Shown here one piece after another: positions 8,453 to 17,932 of a DNA stretch of 41,321 nucleotides. The stretch comes from a virus (Duplodnaviria; Caudoviricetes). The stretch is from IMG/VR virus record IMGVR_UViG_3300046051_000007, positions 1 through 41,321 of that record; one strand, written 5' to 3'. Each line of letters begins with the position of its first letter. Within the stretch, counting starts at the first letter, position 1. The translations under genes and the position numbers were made by a program. The notes beneath the pieces were generated by a model that made no database searches, was not told the DNA's origin, and saw only the letters and a program-made list of their open reading frames with translations.

Positions 8453-9112
8453 TCAGTAATATGCCCGGAATTCGTCATAGTATTTTTCGATACTATCTGC
8501 TCCTTGTTGTATCACGCCGTGACCGCCGAGAGCAACCCCGCCGCCGGGGCCACTACCTGAGTATGTCGGTCCACTTATGACTATATCACCTGTGGTTGGA
8601 TAATAGTCATAACTCCCATCCCCATCTGCGTCTTCAAGCAGCCGTGCTCTAAGGTCGTTGTTATTGTCAAAAAACACCTCGGCCCGATAAGGGGCAAATC
8701 TATCTCCAGCACTTTGCCCATCTGATAAATTGGAATCGAAGGAAGAACTCCCCGCAGATTGTATCCCATTATTCTCAGAATTTGTTATGTTGCCAGATGA
8801 TACTTCAATAAGCATCAAATCCCCATCATCACTATTTGCATCATACGTGTGATAAAAAACAATGAAATTATCTTCATCCTGCCAGTACATCGTGTTCAAG
8901 ATTGTTACTTGATCTTCCGACTCCCTTTGAAAATAGCCTTGGAATTCAGTTGCAACTTCGGTGGGGGAGTCGGTATTACTCTTATCATTAACAATATAGC
9001 CTTTCTTATCCCCGGCTTCTACGTTCAACGATGACGTGCCTTCTGTTTTTCTGCCATCACTCAACGAAAAGTTGGCCGTGTCGCCGTGTTCTGTCCAGCC
9101 GTCAATTGCCAT
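8453..9112 (-). CDS. Putative minor tail protein (beta-sandwich/lectin-like)
   Basis: Position in the tail module; beta-rich, ends YYDEFRAYY. Confidence 0.55.
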   Translation of the reverse strand: MAIDGWTEHGDTANFSLSDGRKTEGTSSLNVEAGDKKGYIVNDKSNTDSPTEVATEFQGYFQRESEDQVTILNTMYWQDEDNFIVFYHTYDANSDDGDLMLIEVSSGNITNSENNGIQSAGSSSFDSNLSDGQSAGDRFAPYRAEVFFDNNNDLRARLLEDADGDGSYDYYPTTGDIVISGPTYSGSGPGGGVALGGHGVIQQGADSIEKYYDEFRAYY

Positions 9113-9117
9113 GATTG

Positions 9118-9444
9118 CTATTTATTAAATCCATCTGATATCTGTTGCGTGTTTAATGTCTCGTACTGGATGTTAAATCCATCTGATATCTCCGCTATTG
9201 CTCCTGGTGTGGCTAGGTCGGGGTAGAAGACATTAAAGTCTTCTATGACACCAATGGTGAGGGTCTGTGTGTCAACATCCATGCCGTCCCCCTTCTCGAA
9301 TGCCAGGCTACTCCCACCTGTATCCTTTACACTGTCATTCTTGACAAAAAGGATATCACTATTCCCGGCAGATGAAACATCTACTGCATCCTCCTTGACT
9401 CTGACAATTTGCGATCCACTGCCAAACGGGGGGTATGTCACCAT
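9118..9444 (-). CDS. Hypothetical tail-module protein
   Basis: Tightly packed in the operon. Confidence 0.55.
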   Translation of the reverse strand: MVTYPPFGSGSQIVRVKEDAVDVSSAGNSDILFVKNDSVKDTGGSSLAFEKGDGMDVDTQTLTIGVIEDFNVFYPDLATPGAIAEISDGFNIQYETLNTQQISDGFNK

Positions 9445-10464
9445 CTATCTAAATCTAAACCCTACACCACACAAAACGCGGAAGTCGTCTTTGGTGAACT
9501 GCCTCAATACAGCGCGGTAAAACAAGTTGCCTTGATTAGTAAACACACCTAACTCTTGGATTGTATCCCCTTTAAACTCATTGTCATAAAAGCCAGTCGT
9601 AAGTCTGGTATTGTCATTCGGTGTCTCCCGATCTACAACTCTCCGGTCTGACTCATTACCCAGGCTTGTATCAGACCGGGCGGCGGCGCTTCCGTCCTGC
9701 CCCAGTGCAATCTCTTCAAACCCGATTGTGGCATTCTCCTTGCGCAACACATCATTGATTGAGGCAATGCCATCAGTAGTGATCTTGGTCAACCCCGCGC
9801 CTTCTGCACTGATGTCAATCTCGGTGACGAGACGCAATTCCTTTTTGACACCAAGTGAAATTGACTCCAATCCACGGGAGAGAATGTTACCCTGGACGTC
9901 GCTACTGTAGTCTGAGCCGCCCGCTGCAAGTGCAATCTCCTCGACATGCCCATCATGGTCTGCGACCGACCATCGGGACACAAACTCGGATTTGTCACTG
10001 GCTGTTTTGGTGCGTCTCAAGACCGGTTGTCTGTTCTCGTCCGTCAGGCTTGTATCATCAAGAGTGATACTGTTTGTGTCAGTGCCAATAGCCTGCTCAC
10101 GTACCTGTCCGGTTGTGCCACTGGTCGCGTCCCGGACAGCCCTCCGGCCAGTCCGGAGCCAAGTCTCGTCGACAGAACCACCAGTTGACGCGGCGGTGGA
10201 GAACTCCCCCCGCTCTACACCACTGCGACCAACCCCAGACCCGTGGGCATTACCGTTGGGATGGCCAGATAGCAACCCTCCGCGACCGCCAGGAGCCGTT
10301 TCAGCAGTCTGGATATCGGCCGTGACGGCCACCTCAATCTCATTTCTGTTGATGTTGATTTTCTTATCTGGACGGTCGCCGTCCTCGATCGCCCGCTTGT
10401 TGATAAGGATCTGACCGTTTCGGTTCCGGCGGACCTCATCAGAGATGTCGTCACCAACCGGCAT
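9445..10464 (-). CDS. Minor tail/baseplate protein with an internally duplicated domain
   Basis: Two similar units (AIGTD...DTSLTDE...EEIAL / IALGQDG...DTSLGNE...QELGVF). Confidence 0.65.
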   Translation of the reverse strand: MPVGDDISDEVRRNRNGQILINKRAIEDGDRPDKKININRNEIEVAVTADIQTAETAPGGRGGLLSGHPNGNAHGSGVGRSGVERGEFSTAASTGGSVDETWLRTGRRAVRDATSGTTGQVREQAIGTDTNSITLDDTSLTDENRQPVLRRTKTASDKSEFVSRWSVADHDGHVEEIALAAGGSDYSSDVQGNILSRGLESISLGVKKELRLVTEIDISAEGAGLTKITTDGIASINDVLRKENATIGFEEIALGQDGSAAARSDTSLGNESDRRVVDRETPNDNTRLTTGFYDNEFKGDTIQELGVFTNQGNLFYRAVLRQFTKDDFRVLCGVGFRFR

Positions 10465-10982
10465 TAGAGGCTGATACCTATGGGCTTGATGTCTTTCGTC
10501 CCACTGTCCAAAATCTGCACTGTCACCGACTCAAAGATAGAGTAACTCCGTGCAAAAGTGACACTCTTTGTACTGTTCGCACCAATGGTCAATTCCTTCC
10601 TGTCCACCACTTGATCATTTTCGAGGAGGGGAACGAACTGCGTGCCCTGATCGCCACCGGTATTAGTTATGTCTGCACTGATGTCAACGTTGGTATTGAG
10701 CACCGGGTTTGCATCAGATACGGAGAGGTTAGAGGCGCTGAAACTTGCATCCTGTGCGGTGCCCCCACCAAGCTCGGACACCTCAACATGCGATCCCACA
10801 AGCTCGATGCTATCTGCTGGGAGGGTCTGCCCGTTCACCCCTGTCGTCGATTGGTTATGGATCTCTATCCGTGCTGCAGTGTTGCCATTCGCGTCTGTAC
10901 GTGCCCCCTCCAACACCCCAAACCCTTGGTTATTGAGCCCAAGAGCACGTTTCCGGACCTCCGGATTTGACCAATCCACCAT
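10464..10982 (-). CDS. CARDB/Ig-like domain virion protein
   Basis: SNLSVS....VDISADITNTGG..GTQFVPL..N..VVD...LTIGA.ST.SVTF. Confidence 0.75.
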   Translation of the reverse strand: MVDWSNPEVRKRALGLNNQGFGVLEGARTDANGNTAARIEIHNQSTTGVNGQTLPADSIELVGSHVEVSELGGGTAQDASFSASNLSVSDANPVLNTNVDISADITNTGGDQGTQFVPLLENDQVVDRKELTIGANSTKSVTFARSYSIFESVTVQILDSGTKDIKPIGISL

Positions 10983-12415
10983 TATCCGATATACCCCACT
11001 GTCTCGACCTCGACAAATCCATCTGCATCTGCCCCGACAGATTTGACCCGGTGGGTTGCGTCAATATCTTCCGGACTCCACTTAACGTCAATCTCATCGC
11101 CAACTGTCAAGTCATTGTAGTCACTATCTCCAATTGTCCACTTTATCAGTCCATTATCCCACGACTCTTGTTCCCCCTCCGCGCGTTTGATTGCATCATC
11201 AACATTTGTGATGCCTTTGTCAGTGACTCTCTGGGTTTGCGCGCCCAAGCTATGCTTGTCTTGGCTGGCATTATCCTCGGCCGTGACCTGGATCTCCCCC
11301 CGCCCCTGGACTACGGTCCGGTTTTTAACTGCTTGATAGTCCCGATTGATGTCATATCCTGTCACCAATGTGCTGGCATCATCTATCCTCAAGTTGGCTT
11401 GCGTGTCATCACGCGGCACGTAATGCAAGTCATCAGACGAATCGATGTATGACCTAAATTCATCCTCCTTCCCAAGTGCTTGTATCATCTTGCCAACACT
11501 ACCGTTAAACCGGCGTGTGGTGGTCCGCTGTGTGCCAGCCACATTGTTGGTTGTGATGTTGGTTTGTCTGTCTTCGAGCCGCACTTGCTGCGTCCTGGCA
11601 TGGTCTATCACAATACCACGGGGTTCTGGTAAGTCCCCTTTGATGGTAAACCGGTACTCGATGTTGCCAGGGTTCGAGAGTTGAGCACCGTCACTTTTCG
11701 CGTCCTCGACCTCCAACTCGTATGTCTCTGTGGCAACAGCGGGCAGGAGGTCAACATCCCAAAGATAGCTGTTAGAGCTATCATCAGTCAGTTCTACTGT
11801 ACACGAAAAAAACTGGCCCAAATTATTGACTGTGAGACGGGAGTCAAACTTCAGTAGGGTATTGTGCTTGACCAATGTCGTGTCAACCCCTGTATATTTA
11901 ACCGAAAAAGAGCCCGAAGACCCCTCAGACATGCCAATGAAGAGAGCATTGCTACCATACTCATTTAATTGTAGATTATTCAGTTCTGCGAGACGGAAGT
12001 CATCAGTCCCCGAGGCAGTCCAGTCAGTTGTAGACGACCCGTCAAATAGTAGGTTACGTGTCTGGGGTTCTGCACGTTTGCCCACAGCGTCCCGGATCAT
12101 CTGACCCGTGTCTGTCTCATACCAAACCCGATTGACGGGTTCATTCTGGAGTAGTATTCGACGATCTGTCAACTCCAAAGTGAGTGCAAAGTCGCGCTGG
12201 GACTGTGTGGGTTGGCTTGCCACGACGCCATCAAAGACCGTTGTGCCGTCAGGTCGGGTCAACTGCGCGCCAGTGCCCGGCTCGATACTCCGATTGGTTG
12301 TATTATTTACAACCTCTACTGTAGCAGATCCAAGCCTCCCCTCGTCAGTCCGCCTGTGTTGGACAGAGTAGATGATATCCTCAGTTTTACCACCAACAGT
12401 GAGTTGCCACGACAT
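10982..12415 (-). CDS. Tail tip/baseplate hub protein (Tal/gpD-like)
   Basis: Follows the Dit-like gene; VFDGVV, YIDSSDDLHY, VKNRTVVQG, LTVGDEIDV motifs. Confidence 0.7.
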   Translation of the reverse strand: MSWQLTVGGKTEDIIYSVQHRRTDEGRLGSATVEVVNNTTNRSIEPGTGAQLTRPDGTTVFDGVVASQPTQSQRDFALTLELTDRRILLQNEPVNRVWYETDTGQMIRDAVGKRAEPQTRNLLFDGSSTTDWTASGTDDFRLAELNNLQLNEYGSNALFIGMSEGSSGSFSVKYTGVDTTLVKHNTLLKFDSRLTVNNLGQFFSCTVELTDDSSNSYLWDVDLLPAVATETYELEVEDAKSDGAQLSNPGNIEYRFTIKGDLPEPRGIVIDHARTQQVRLEDRQTNITTNNVAGTQRTTTRRFNGSVGKMIQALGKEDEFRSYIDSSDDLHYVPRDDTQANLRIDDASTLVTGYDINRDYQAVKNRTVVQGRGEIQVTAEDNASQDKHSLGAQTQRVTDKGITNVDDAIKRAEGEQESWDNGLIKWTIGDSDYNDLTVGDEIDVKWSPEDIDATHRVKSVGADADGFVEVETVGYIG

Positions 12416-12417
12416 GA

Positions 12418-12900
12418 TTAAGACTTGTCTACATACGCATCAAACTGGCTAAACTCAATCGTGAACGTATATTGACGTGGGCCATCTTGTGTGGTGTCCT
12501 GAGATGTCTGCACGCTTGTCACTGTGCCAGGGACCTCACGCCGGTTTGCCCCACCGCCGGTGTAGACACCAGCATCCCATTTCAACGTGTCGAACTTACC
12601 CGGCGGTTCGGGATTCCAATCTTTCAGTGTTCGTCGCAGTTCCGTTTCAAACCCGGCATTGTCATCGGTGTAATCCCCATTATTTGGGTAATCACTCCCG
12701 GAGATGTTCTGTATCCGGCCAGAAACCTCAAACACAAACAGGTCAACCTCGGGGACGCCACCGGCGATTTTCTTGACCGCCCCCTTCCCCGCTTTGGCGG
12801 CAACAGATCGCTCTCCCGAAAACTGCACAGAAGTGGCAGGGAGATTGAATGTCTCACTACCATCATTTTTGATCAGTGTGACATTACTGTCAACTGCCAT
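12418..12900 (-). CDS. Distal tail (Dit-like) protein
   Basis: Immediately after the tape measure; size; YTFTIEF terminal strand. Confidence 0.6.
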   Translation of the reverse strand: MAVDSNVTLIKNDGSETFNLPATSVQFSGERSVAAKAGKGAVKKIAGGVPEVDLFVFEVSGRIQNISGSDYPNNGDYTDDNAGFETELRRTLKDWNPEPPGKFDTLKWDAGVYTGGGANRREVPGTVTSVQTSQDTTQDGPRQYTFTIEFSQFDAYVDKS

Positions 12901-12902
12901 TG

Positions 12903-14045
12903 TTATAGCGACCTCCTAAACCGGTCTTCAATCTCCTTTCCAAGCCGTTTTGCATCCCGTTGCTTCTCCGCCTGTGACGCATCTGCGCCTAGCGCAGTAT
13001 CTCCGCCAACTTTGACATTGATGTTAGTCTGGCTGTTTGTGGTCTGTGACGTACTGCCACCGGCCAACTGCTGGGTCTGTCGTTGGCCACCACTACCGGA
13101 GAGATTGATGCCCAGTGACCCTGCAACCTGTTCACTACCAGGGATATCTTTGATGGCATTTGTCACTCCTTGACCAACATTCTCGGCGAGGCCGCCCACA
13201 TAACCGAGGATGCGCTTGACGATCCGTTTGACGGTTTTGAGGACATCCTCCCATGCGCTGATGAATACATCCAGTGCATCCTTTGCCCGGCTAATTGCCC
13301 GTTCTATGCCCTCAGACAATCCGCCCTCAAGTGTGCCCCGGACAAAGCCGACGATCCCGGCACCGATAACTGACAGTGGGCCTAAGGTAAATGATACCAG
13401 CGCGAGAAATGCATCCTGCACGATTGAGGGTAACACATCCCCGACATATCTCCCGAAGTCTTGTGCAGTATCCAACACGCCAAGGTACTCAAGGACAAAT
13501 GTGCCCGCGAGCCCCACCGCCGCACCGATGGCGGTAGCCAAGGCCAGGGCTCCGGATGACCCCGCCAAAAACCATGACACAGCCGTTTGGAGCACACCCA
13601 CGAAACTGCCAATAACAGAGGCCGCTCTGGCAAATGTAGCGGCCAAAGCTCCTTTGATGATACCTCCCGCACTCCCGATGATTTGCTTTAGTCTGCCCAC
13701 TATACCCCCCGCCAACTCCCCCCCCAACACACCGCCGAGCGCCCCAGCGCCAGCCCCTCCAACGATATTGCTAAATAACCCACCAATACTAATATCCGAC
13801 ACTTTGCTGAGTTTGCCAGCCAGTGCGCCAACCCCGGAGCTGAGCAATCCAACGGAGATATTGGCCAGTGATGCTTCCTCTCCTAAGTTGACAATAGATC
13901 CGACAAAGCCACCAACACTATCATCTGCCTCTTCAAACTCCTCGGCTGCCTTTTCTGTGGTCTCTGTGGTCTCCTCAATTTGGTCCCGCGCATCTGACGC
14001 ACCGGTGGCCTTCACTACCCATTCAAGCTTTCCGACCACTACCAT
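12903..14045 (-). CDS. Tape measure protein (short, 380 aa)
   Basis: After the tail chaperones; Gly/Ala-rich amphipathic and hydrophobic helices. Confidence 0.8.
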   Translation of the reverse strand: MVVVGKLEWVVKATGASDARDQIEETTETTEKAAEEFEEADDSVGGFVGSIVNLGEEASLANISVGLLSSGVGALAGKLSKVSDISIGGLFSNIVGGAGAGALGGVLGGELAGGIVGRLKQIIGSAGGIIKGALAATFARAASVIGSFVGVLQTAVSWFLAGSSGALALATAIGAAVGLAGTFVLEYLGVLDTAQDFGRYVGDVLPSIVQDAFLALVSFTLGPLSVIGAGIVGFVRGTLEGGLSEGIERAISRAKDALDVFISAWEDVLKTVKRIVKRILGYVGGLAENVGQGVTNAIKDIPGSEQVAGSLGINLSGSGGQRQTQQLAGGSTSQTTNSQTNINVKVGGDTALGADASQAEKQRDAKRLGKEIEDRFRRSL

Positions 14046-14047
14046 GA

Positions 14048-14395
14048 TTATTGATTCTTCCTCCGTTCTTGCTCGCGCAAACGCTCTTTGTATTCTTCAT
14101 GCTGTGCGTGTAATGACAGCCAGTCAACCCACTCTTTTTGTGTCATGCCTTCGCTCTCAGTCCGGGATCGTTCATAGACCGGCTTGGGATCATCCAACCG
14201 GTCAATCCTCCTACGTAGCCATGCGACCAGTCCAGTACGCTCCCGCACAGTGATAGTGTGATATGTCTCCCCATCGATTTCTGAGGGCTGTAAGTGTAAT
14301 TGCCCCGCAGCCAAGACGCGTTGAAATCGTCTGTGTAGCTCTTGTTCACGGAGGTCTGTAGGTTCCTTACCTGTTACTACCCGTCCAACTTTCCC
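14048..14395 (-). CDS. Tail assembly chaperone frameshift extension (gpGT-like)
   Basis: The -1 frame is open from the GGGAAAG site to the stop at 14048, with no ATG near its 5' end. Confidence 0.8.
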   Translation of the reverse strand, partial: GKVGRVVTGKEPTDLREQELHRRFQRVLAAGQLHLQPSEIDGETYHTITVRERTGLVAWLRRRIDRLDDPKPVYERSRTESEGMTQKEWVDWLSLHAQHEEYKERLREQERRKNQ

Positions 14396-14769
14396 TTTTC
14401 ACCCTCCAGATCTTCTAAGCCATCAGATACCTCTTCAACTGCCCCTTCAATCTTGGCATAGGTCTGTGAGTTGGCAATGTCAAGGACAGTATCAATCGGT
14501 GCGTCAAAGGACGTGTCGGAAATCAATGCCTCCATCATGTCCTGTGACAAGCCCTCAAAGTCAATAGACTCCCCCTCTGGCGTCACGTCAATATTCTGCG
14601 TCTTGATCCGATTGACGGTTTTGCCTGGTAGGTCTTGCTTGACCTCAACCCAAAACCTGGAGCCATCCACCGCAAAGTGCTTGCGTGTGGTGGTTTGGTC
14701 AGTCTGGATATCCTCCAATCCAGCATCGGGCAGGTCTTGGAGTTCGTCGGGGATGGTGTGATCAGTCAT
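14377..14769 (-). CDS. Tail assembly chaperone (gpG-like)
   Basis: Between tail tube and tape measure; carries the slippery site. Confidence 0.8.
   Translation of the reverse strand: MTDHTIPDELQDLPDAGLEDIQTDQTTTRKHFAVDGSRFWVEVKQDLPGKTVNRIKTQNIDVTPEGESIDFEGLSQDMMEALISDTSFDAPIDTVLDIANSQTYAKIEGAVEEVSDGLEDLEGEKGKLDG
14389..14395 (-). promoter_or_regulatory. -1 programmed ribosomal frameshift heptamer G GGA AAG
   Basis: Same heptamer as lambda G-T, in the correct codon phase, 3 codons before the chaperone stop. Confidence 0.85.
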
Positions 14770-14771
14770 TG

Positions 14772-15716
14772 TTATGAGGTGTCAACCTTGATCTCCAAGC
14801 CATTCGCAACTCCGGAGGCCTCCACCTCAACCTTGTCCTCCATGGGTATTGAGTGTGGCGCTGACTCCAATCCAAGGTTCTTGGCCGTGACGGTGAGCTT
14901 CTTCGACCCGTTATCCAGCACGATATCAGCATCTGCCTCGGCACCGTTCAACACTTTGTCCAAAAGCGTGTCATCTGTCGGATTGATGGTAAATGACGCT
15001 TCAATCTCGGCATTGCCATAGGCCAACTCCTTGGGTTTGCGGGAGTTGCGGATATATTCCCCAGTCTGGAGATTGTTATTGACATCGATCTGGAAGTCTG
15101 TCACTCGTGCAAAGTCCGTCCCGAAGGCATTGAGTTCTCCAGTTGGGGTGGTATCTGCGAAGATCCACTTCTCGTCAGTGGTCAGACTGACGCTTGTGGG
15201 GCTGGATCCCAACGACATGTCCAGTGCCGTATAGTCCAACTCCACGATAACCCGGTCATCATTGGCTATCTGGATGGAACCAGAGTCGGGGACGCCGCCG
15301 GTGAACGTCCGCACTGACGTGTTGCTATCCGGAGGATTGTATAGTGTTGCCTCTATGGTCTGACTAGGGGGTAACTTTGCATTGCTTGGGTCGTCCGAGG
15401 CAGCCGGGGTGACCGTCGTGACATTATTTGTCGTTGATTTGCTACCAAGCAACCAATAAAATGGATCAATACCAGTGACAGTAATCGGGATTGTCGCACC
15501 CTCAAAGGTCTGCCTACCCTGGTCCTTACTGTCTATTGTCCTCCCCGTCCCGATCGGACGCTGCTCAATCCAATCATTCTCTGGGTCTGGCAATTCTGCT
15601 TCATCCTCGACCAGGAGATTAGTATCGGGGGTTGCTGCCGAACCCTGCGTAGTCTCCTCGCCGAAGAGGATCTGCGTTGCACCTGACTGATACGGGAATG
15701 TGTCTGATGTTGGCAT
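14772..15716 (-). CDS. Major tail tube protein
   Basis: Position; FGEETTQG, SQTIEA, RTFTGG, FQIDVNNNL motifs; no sheath gene nearby. Confidence 0.8.
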   Translation of the reverse strand: MPTSDTFPYQSGATQILFGEETTQGSAATPDTNLLVEDEAELPDPENDWIEQRPIGTGRTIDSKDQGRQTFEGATIPITVTGIDPFYWLLGSKSTTNNVTTVTPAASDDPSNAKLPPSQTIEATLYNPPDSNTSVRTFTGGVPDSGSIQIANDDRVIVELDYTALDMSLGSSPTSVSLTTDEKWIFADTTPTGELNAFGTDFARVTDFQIDVNNNLQTGEYIRNSRKPKELAYGNAEIEASFTINPTDDTLLDKVLNGAEADADIVLDNGSKKLTVTAKNLGLESAPHSIPMEDKVEVEASGVANGLEIKVDTS

Positions 15717-15722
15717 TAATGA

Positions 15723-16178
15723 TCACTCCGTCATTGCATATTTGTGGTAGGTCACTGTGGCACTACCCTGCCAGTATTTCGTCCGTTCGCCACCGTTGAT
15801 CGTGTACGAAACATCAACTGTATCCCAACCACCTGGGGTATTGTCACGTCTCCGCTTGGCGTTCTGCAAAATCCGGTCAATCTCATCAAACATGTCATAA
15901 AAACGGGTTCGAGAGTCTGGCGTGTTCCAGTTCAAAAATGCAGCCATGGAAATATCCCGACTTAGACGCTGGGCTTGGTACTCTACCGTTGCCTCCCCCT
16001 CCTGGTGCACGCGGATATAATCACTCGTCGCAGGGTTAGGGATGCCCTTTGTGTGGTTGCCGGAGTTATCTTCCGTGGTGAGCCGGATGATATCGGGCCT
16101 GTCCGTGTTGTTAGTGTTCCAGTTGTTATCTAATAGGTCACGTGTTAATGCCCCCACATCATAGTCCGGCCTAGCCAT
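15723..16178 (-). CDS. Tail terminator/completion protein
   Basis: Position before the tube; size and DEIDRIL helix. Confidence 0.6.
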   Translation of the reverse strand: MARPDYDVGALTRDLLDNNWNTNNTDRPDIIRLTTEDNSGNHTKGIPNPATSDYIRVHQEGEATVEYQAQRLSRDISMAAFLNWNTPDSRTRFYDMFDEIDRILQNAKRRRDNTPGGWDTVDVSYTINGGERTKYWQGSATVTYHKYAMTE

Positions 16179-16181
16179 TGA

Positions 16182-16709
16182 TCAACCCCCCTGTGATGGC
16201 GGGACGAGTTGCCCACTCTGGAGTAGTGTGCCCTGGTCGGTTGCCTCATCGCTGATGATCTCCTGGGACTTGGTAAATGTGAGATTCAAGAGTTCTGACA
16301 CGGCTTTTTGTGCCGCCTGAGGGTCATCAGTGTCCTTCAATGCGGAATCAATCGCGTCGGTTTTTTGCTTGCCATACTCGATGCTACGTTGAGCGTAAAA
16401 CACTCCCTCAATGCCAGTCTTCTTGATAGATGCCGATATCATCCAGGCCACTGCATCCTTGTGGTCAGACTGGGATGGCTCATTCTGCCGGTCTTCAATC
16501 GCCGCAGCCTTCAATCCACCGGACAAGTCATTCCATTTTCGATCAACCCACGGCCTAATAAAGCCAAAGATAGTAGACACTTCGAGATGGTTATACTCTG
16601 TATCCCACTCGACATGTTGGGCATGGGCAGCCGTGTAGGCAACCTTGCCCTCTACATCTTGCATCTCCAGCAACTCATCCGGGGTATCCAGATCAAAAGT
16701 GACAGTCAT
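16182..16709 (-). CDS. Neck/tail completion protein (HK97 gp10-like)
   Basis: YTAAHAQHVEWDT, I..WV, SIKKTGIEG..Y and DQGTLLQSG motifs. Confidence 0.6.
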   Translation of the reverse strand: MTVTFDLDTPDELLEMQDVEGKVAYTAAHAQHVEWDTEYNHLEVSTIFGFIRPWVDRKWNDLSGGLKAAAIEDRQNEPSQSDHKDAVAWMISASIKKTGIEGVFYAQRSIEYGKQKTDAIDSALKDTDDPQAAQKAVSELLNLTFTKSQEIISDEATDQGTLLQSGQLVPPSQGG

Positions 16710-17473
16710 AACACTTTGGGATCATACCGGTAGTGAGCAATGATGTCCTCTGCTTCTGTTTGCAGCCGCTCTGCTGCGTCTTGCGGGTCGATATTTTCGG
16801 TCGAGGGGAGGACCTCCCCGAATGTATCCGTCTCCATCAAATCGGAGGCAACCATCTTAGCACAGGCCTCGCTAATGTCCGCCGGCAGATCATCGGGGAC
16901 ACTGTTGGTCAGAGCACTGTCATCCCCATAGCGATATGTCAACTCCACACGTGCATCACGGACCAGTGTTGAGCCATTTGCCCCGATTGGGCCGCGAATG
17001 AACTGGCTGACATCAACCTCAAGGACACCATCACGGTTGTTTAGATACCACTGGGAATTGTCACGAGAACCGCCATCGGCAGTGATGTCGTTTGTGCCCT
17101 GGGGCTGGAGGACGACAATTTTGTCTCCCTGGTTACTGTCGATGTTTTGCACCTCCATATGCGGGAGGAATACCTTACCCCAATATGACGTGTTTTGGAC
17201 CAGACCGTGTTTGGAACTCCGCCGGAAGTTTCGTCTGAATTGTGACTCGATTGCAGAATCAAACTCCACCCGTGAGGGGCTGTCCTCCACCTTCCGAACC
17301 CTCCACGCCCGGTTAGTCATCCGGTCAATCTTCTCGGATGCCTTGTCAAGCAACGACTGTACACGTGATTTGGTGGGTTCACTGCTGCCATCAAACGACT
17401 GGTTCCTGACATGATCCTCTACATCGACAACCTCGGCATAGCGCGTGTTCGTGTCGACTAACGTGTCAGTCAT
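16706..17473 (-). CDS. Head-tail adaptor (gp6/gp15-like)
   Basis: YAEVVDV, ASEKIDRMTNRAW, VELTYRYG, P.DI.EACAKMVA. Confidence 0.8.
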   Translation of the reverse strand: MTDTLVDTNTRYAEVVDVEDHVRNQSFDGSSEPTKSRVQSLLDKASEKIDRMTNRAWRVRKVEDSPSRVEFDSAIESQFRRNFRRSSKHGLVQNTSYWGKVFLPHMEVQNIDSNQGDKIVVLQPQGTNDITADGGSRDNSQWYLNNRDGVLEVDVSQFIRGPIGANGSTLVRDARVELTYRYGDDSALTNSVPDDLPADISEACAKMVASDLMETDTFGEVLPSTENIDPQDAAERLQTEAEDIIAHYRYDPKVL

Positions 17474-17612
17474 GTTTCGTCACTTTCTAGACTACCGCAG
17501 TAGTAAACCATCCCCGCCATTTCTTTGCCACTGCCATGGTAATGTAACGGGTCTTGTCTACTGCCATGAGTTAGCAAACTATCACTGTCCATAGGGGTGA
17601 GATTGGAGGCGA

Positions 17613-17930
17613 TTAGGCAGAATTGTCAACGCCAACTGCAAGCACGTTTGCGTTAACCGTGCCCGACGCGGTTGCAGTATTGTCAGCGTTGATTGTTGCC
17701 TGGCTCGACCCGGATGAACTGGACGAGAAGTCCCCAGACTCGTCGCCGGTGACGAACACGTAGACTTCCCCATCCGCGAACGATTCGTTCCACGAGACCG
17801 TTGTGCTCCCAGAATTGGAACTGACAGTAATGTCTGTATTGTGGACTTCGAGACGGACGTCCCCGTCATTCCAGACATTTGCCAGGGCGCTGTTAATTAC
17901 GTTCCGAGAGTCGCCATCAGTTGCTGCCAT
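17613..17930 (-). CDS. Putative capsid decoration protein
   Basis: Small beta-rich gene directly after the MCP. Confidence 0.5.
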   Translation of the reverse strand: MAATDGDSRNVINSALANVWNDGDVRLEVHNTDITVSSNSGSTTVSWNESFADGEVYVFVTGDESGDFSSSSSGSSQATINADNTATASGTVNANVLAVGVDNSA

Positions 17931-17932
17931 GA

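Noticed and set aside
13210-14253. 347-aa plus-strand ORF (also 19179..19934, 24056..24952, 32977..33738, 36995..37726)
   Set aside because: Antisense shadows of well-supported genes; Ser/Pro/Arg-rich, with no motifs
17482-17592. 37-aa ORF (MDSDSLLTHG...) between the decoration and adaptor genes
   Set aside because: Short, with no motif or clear RBS; cannot be supported
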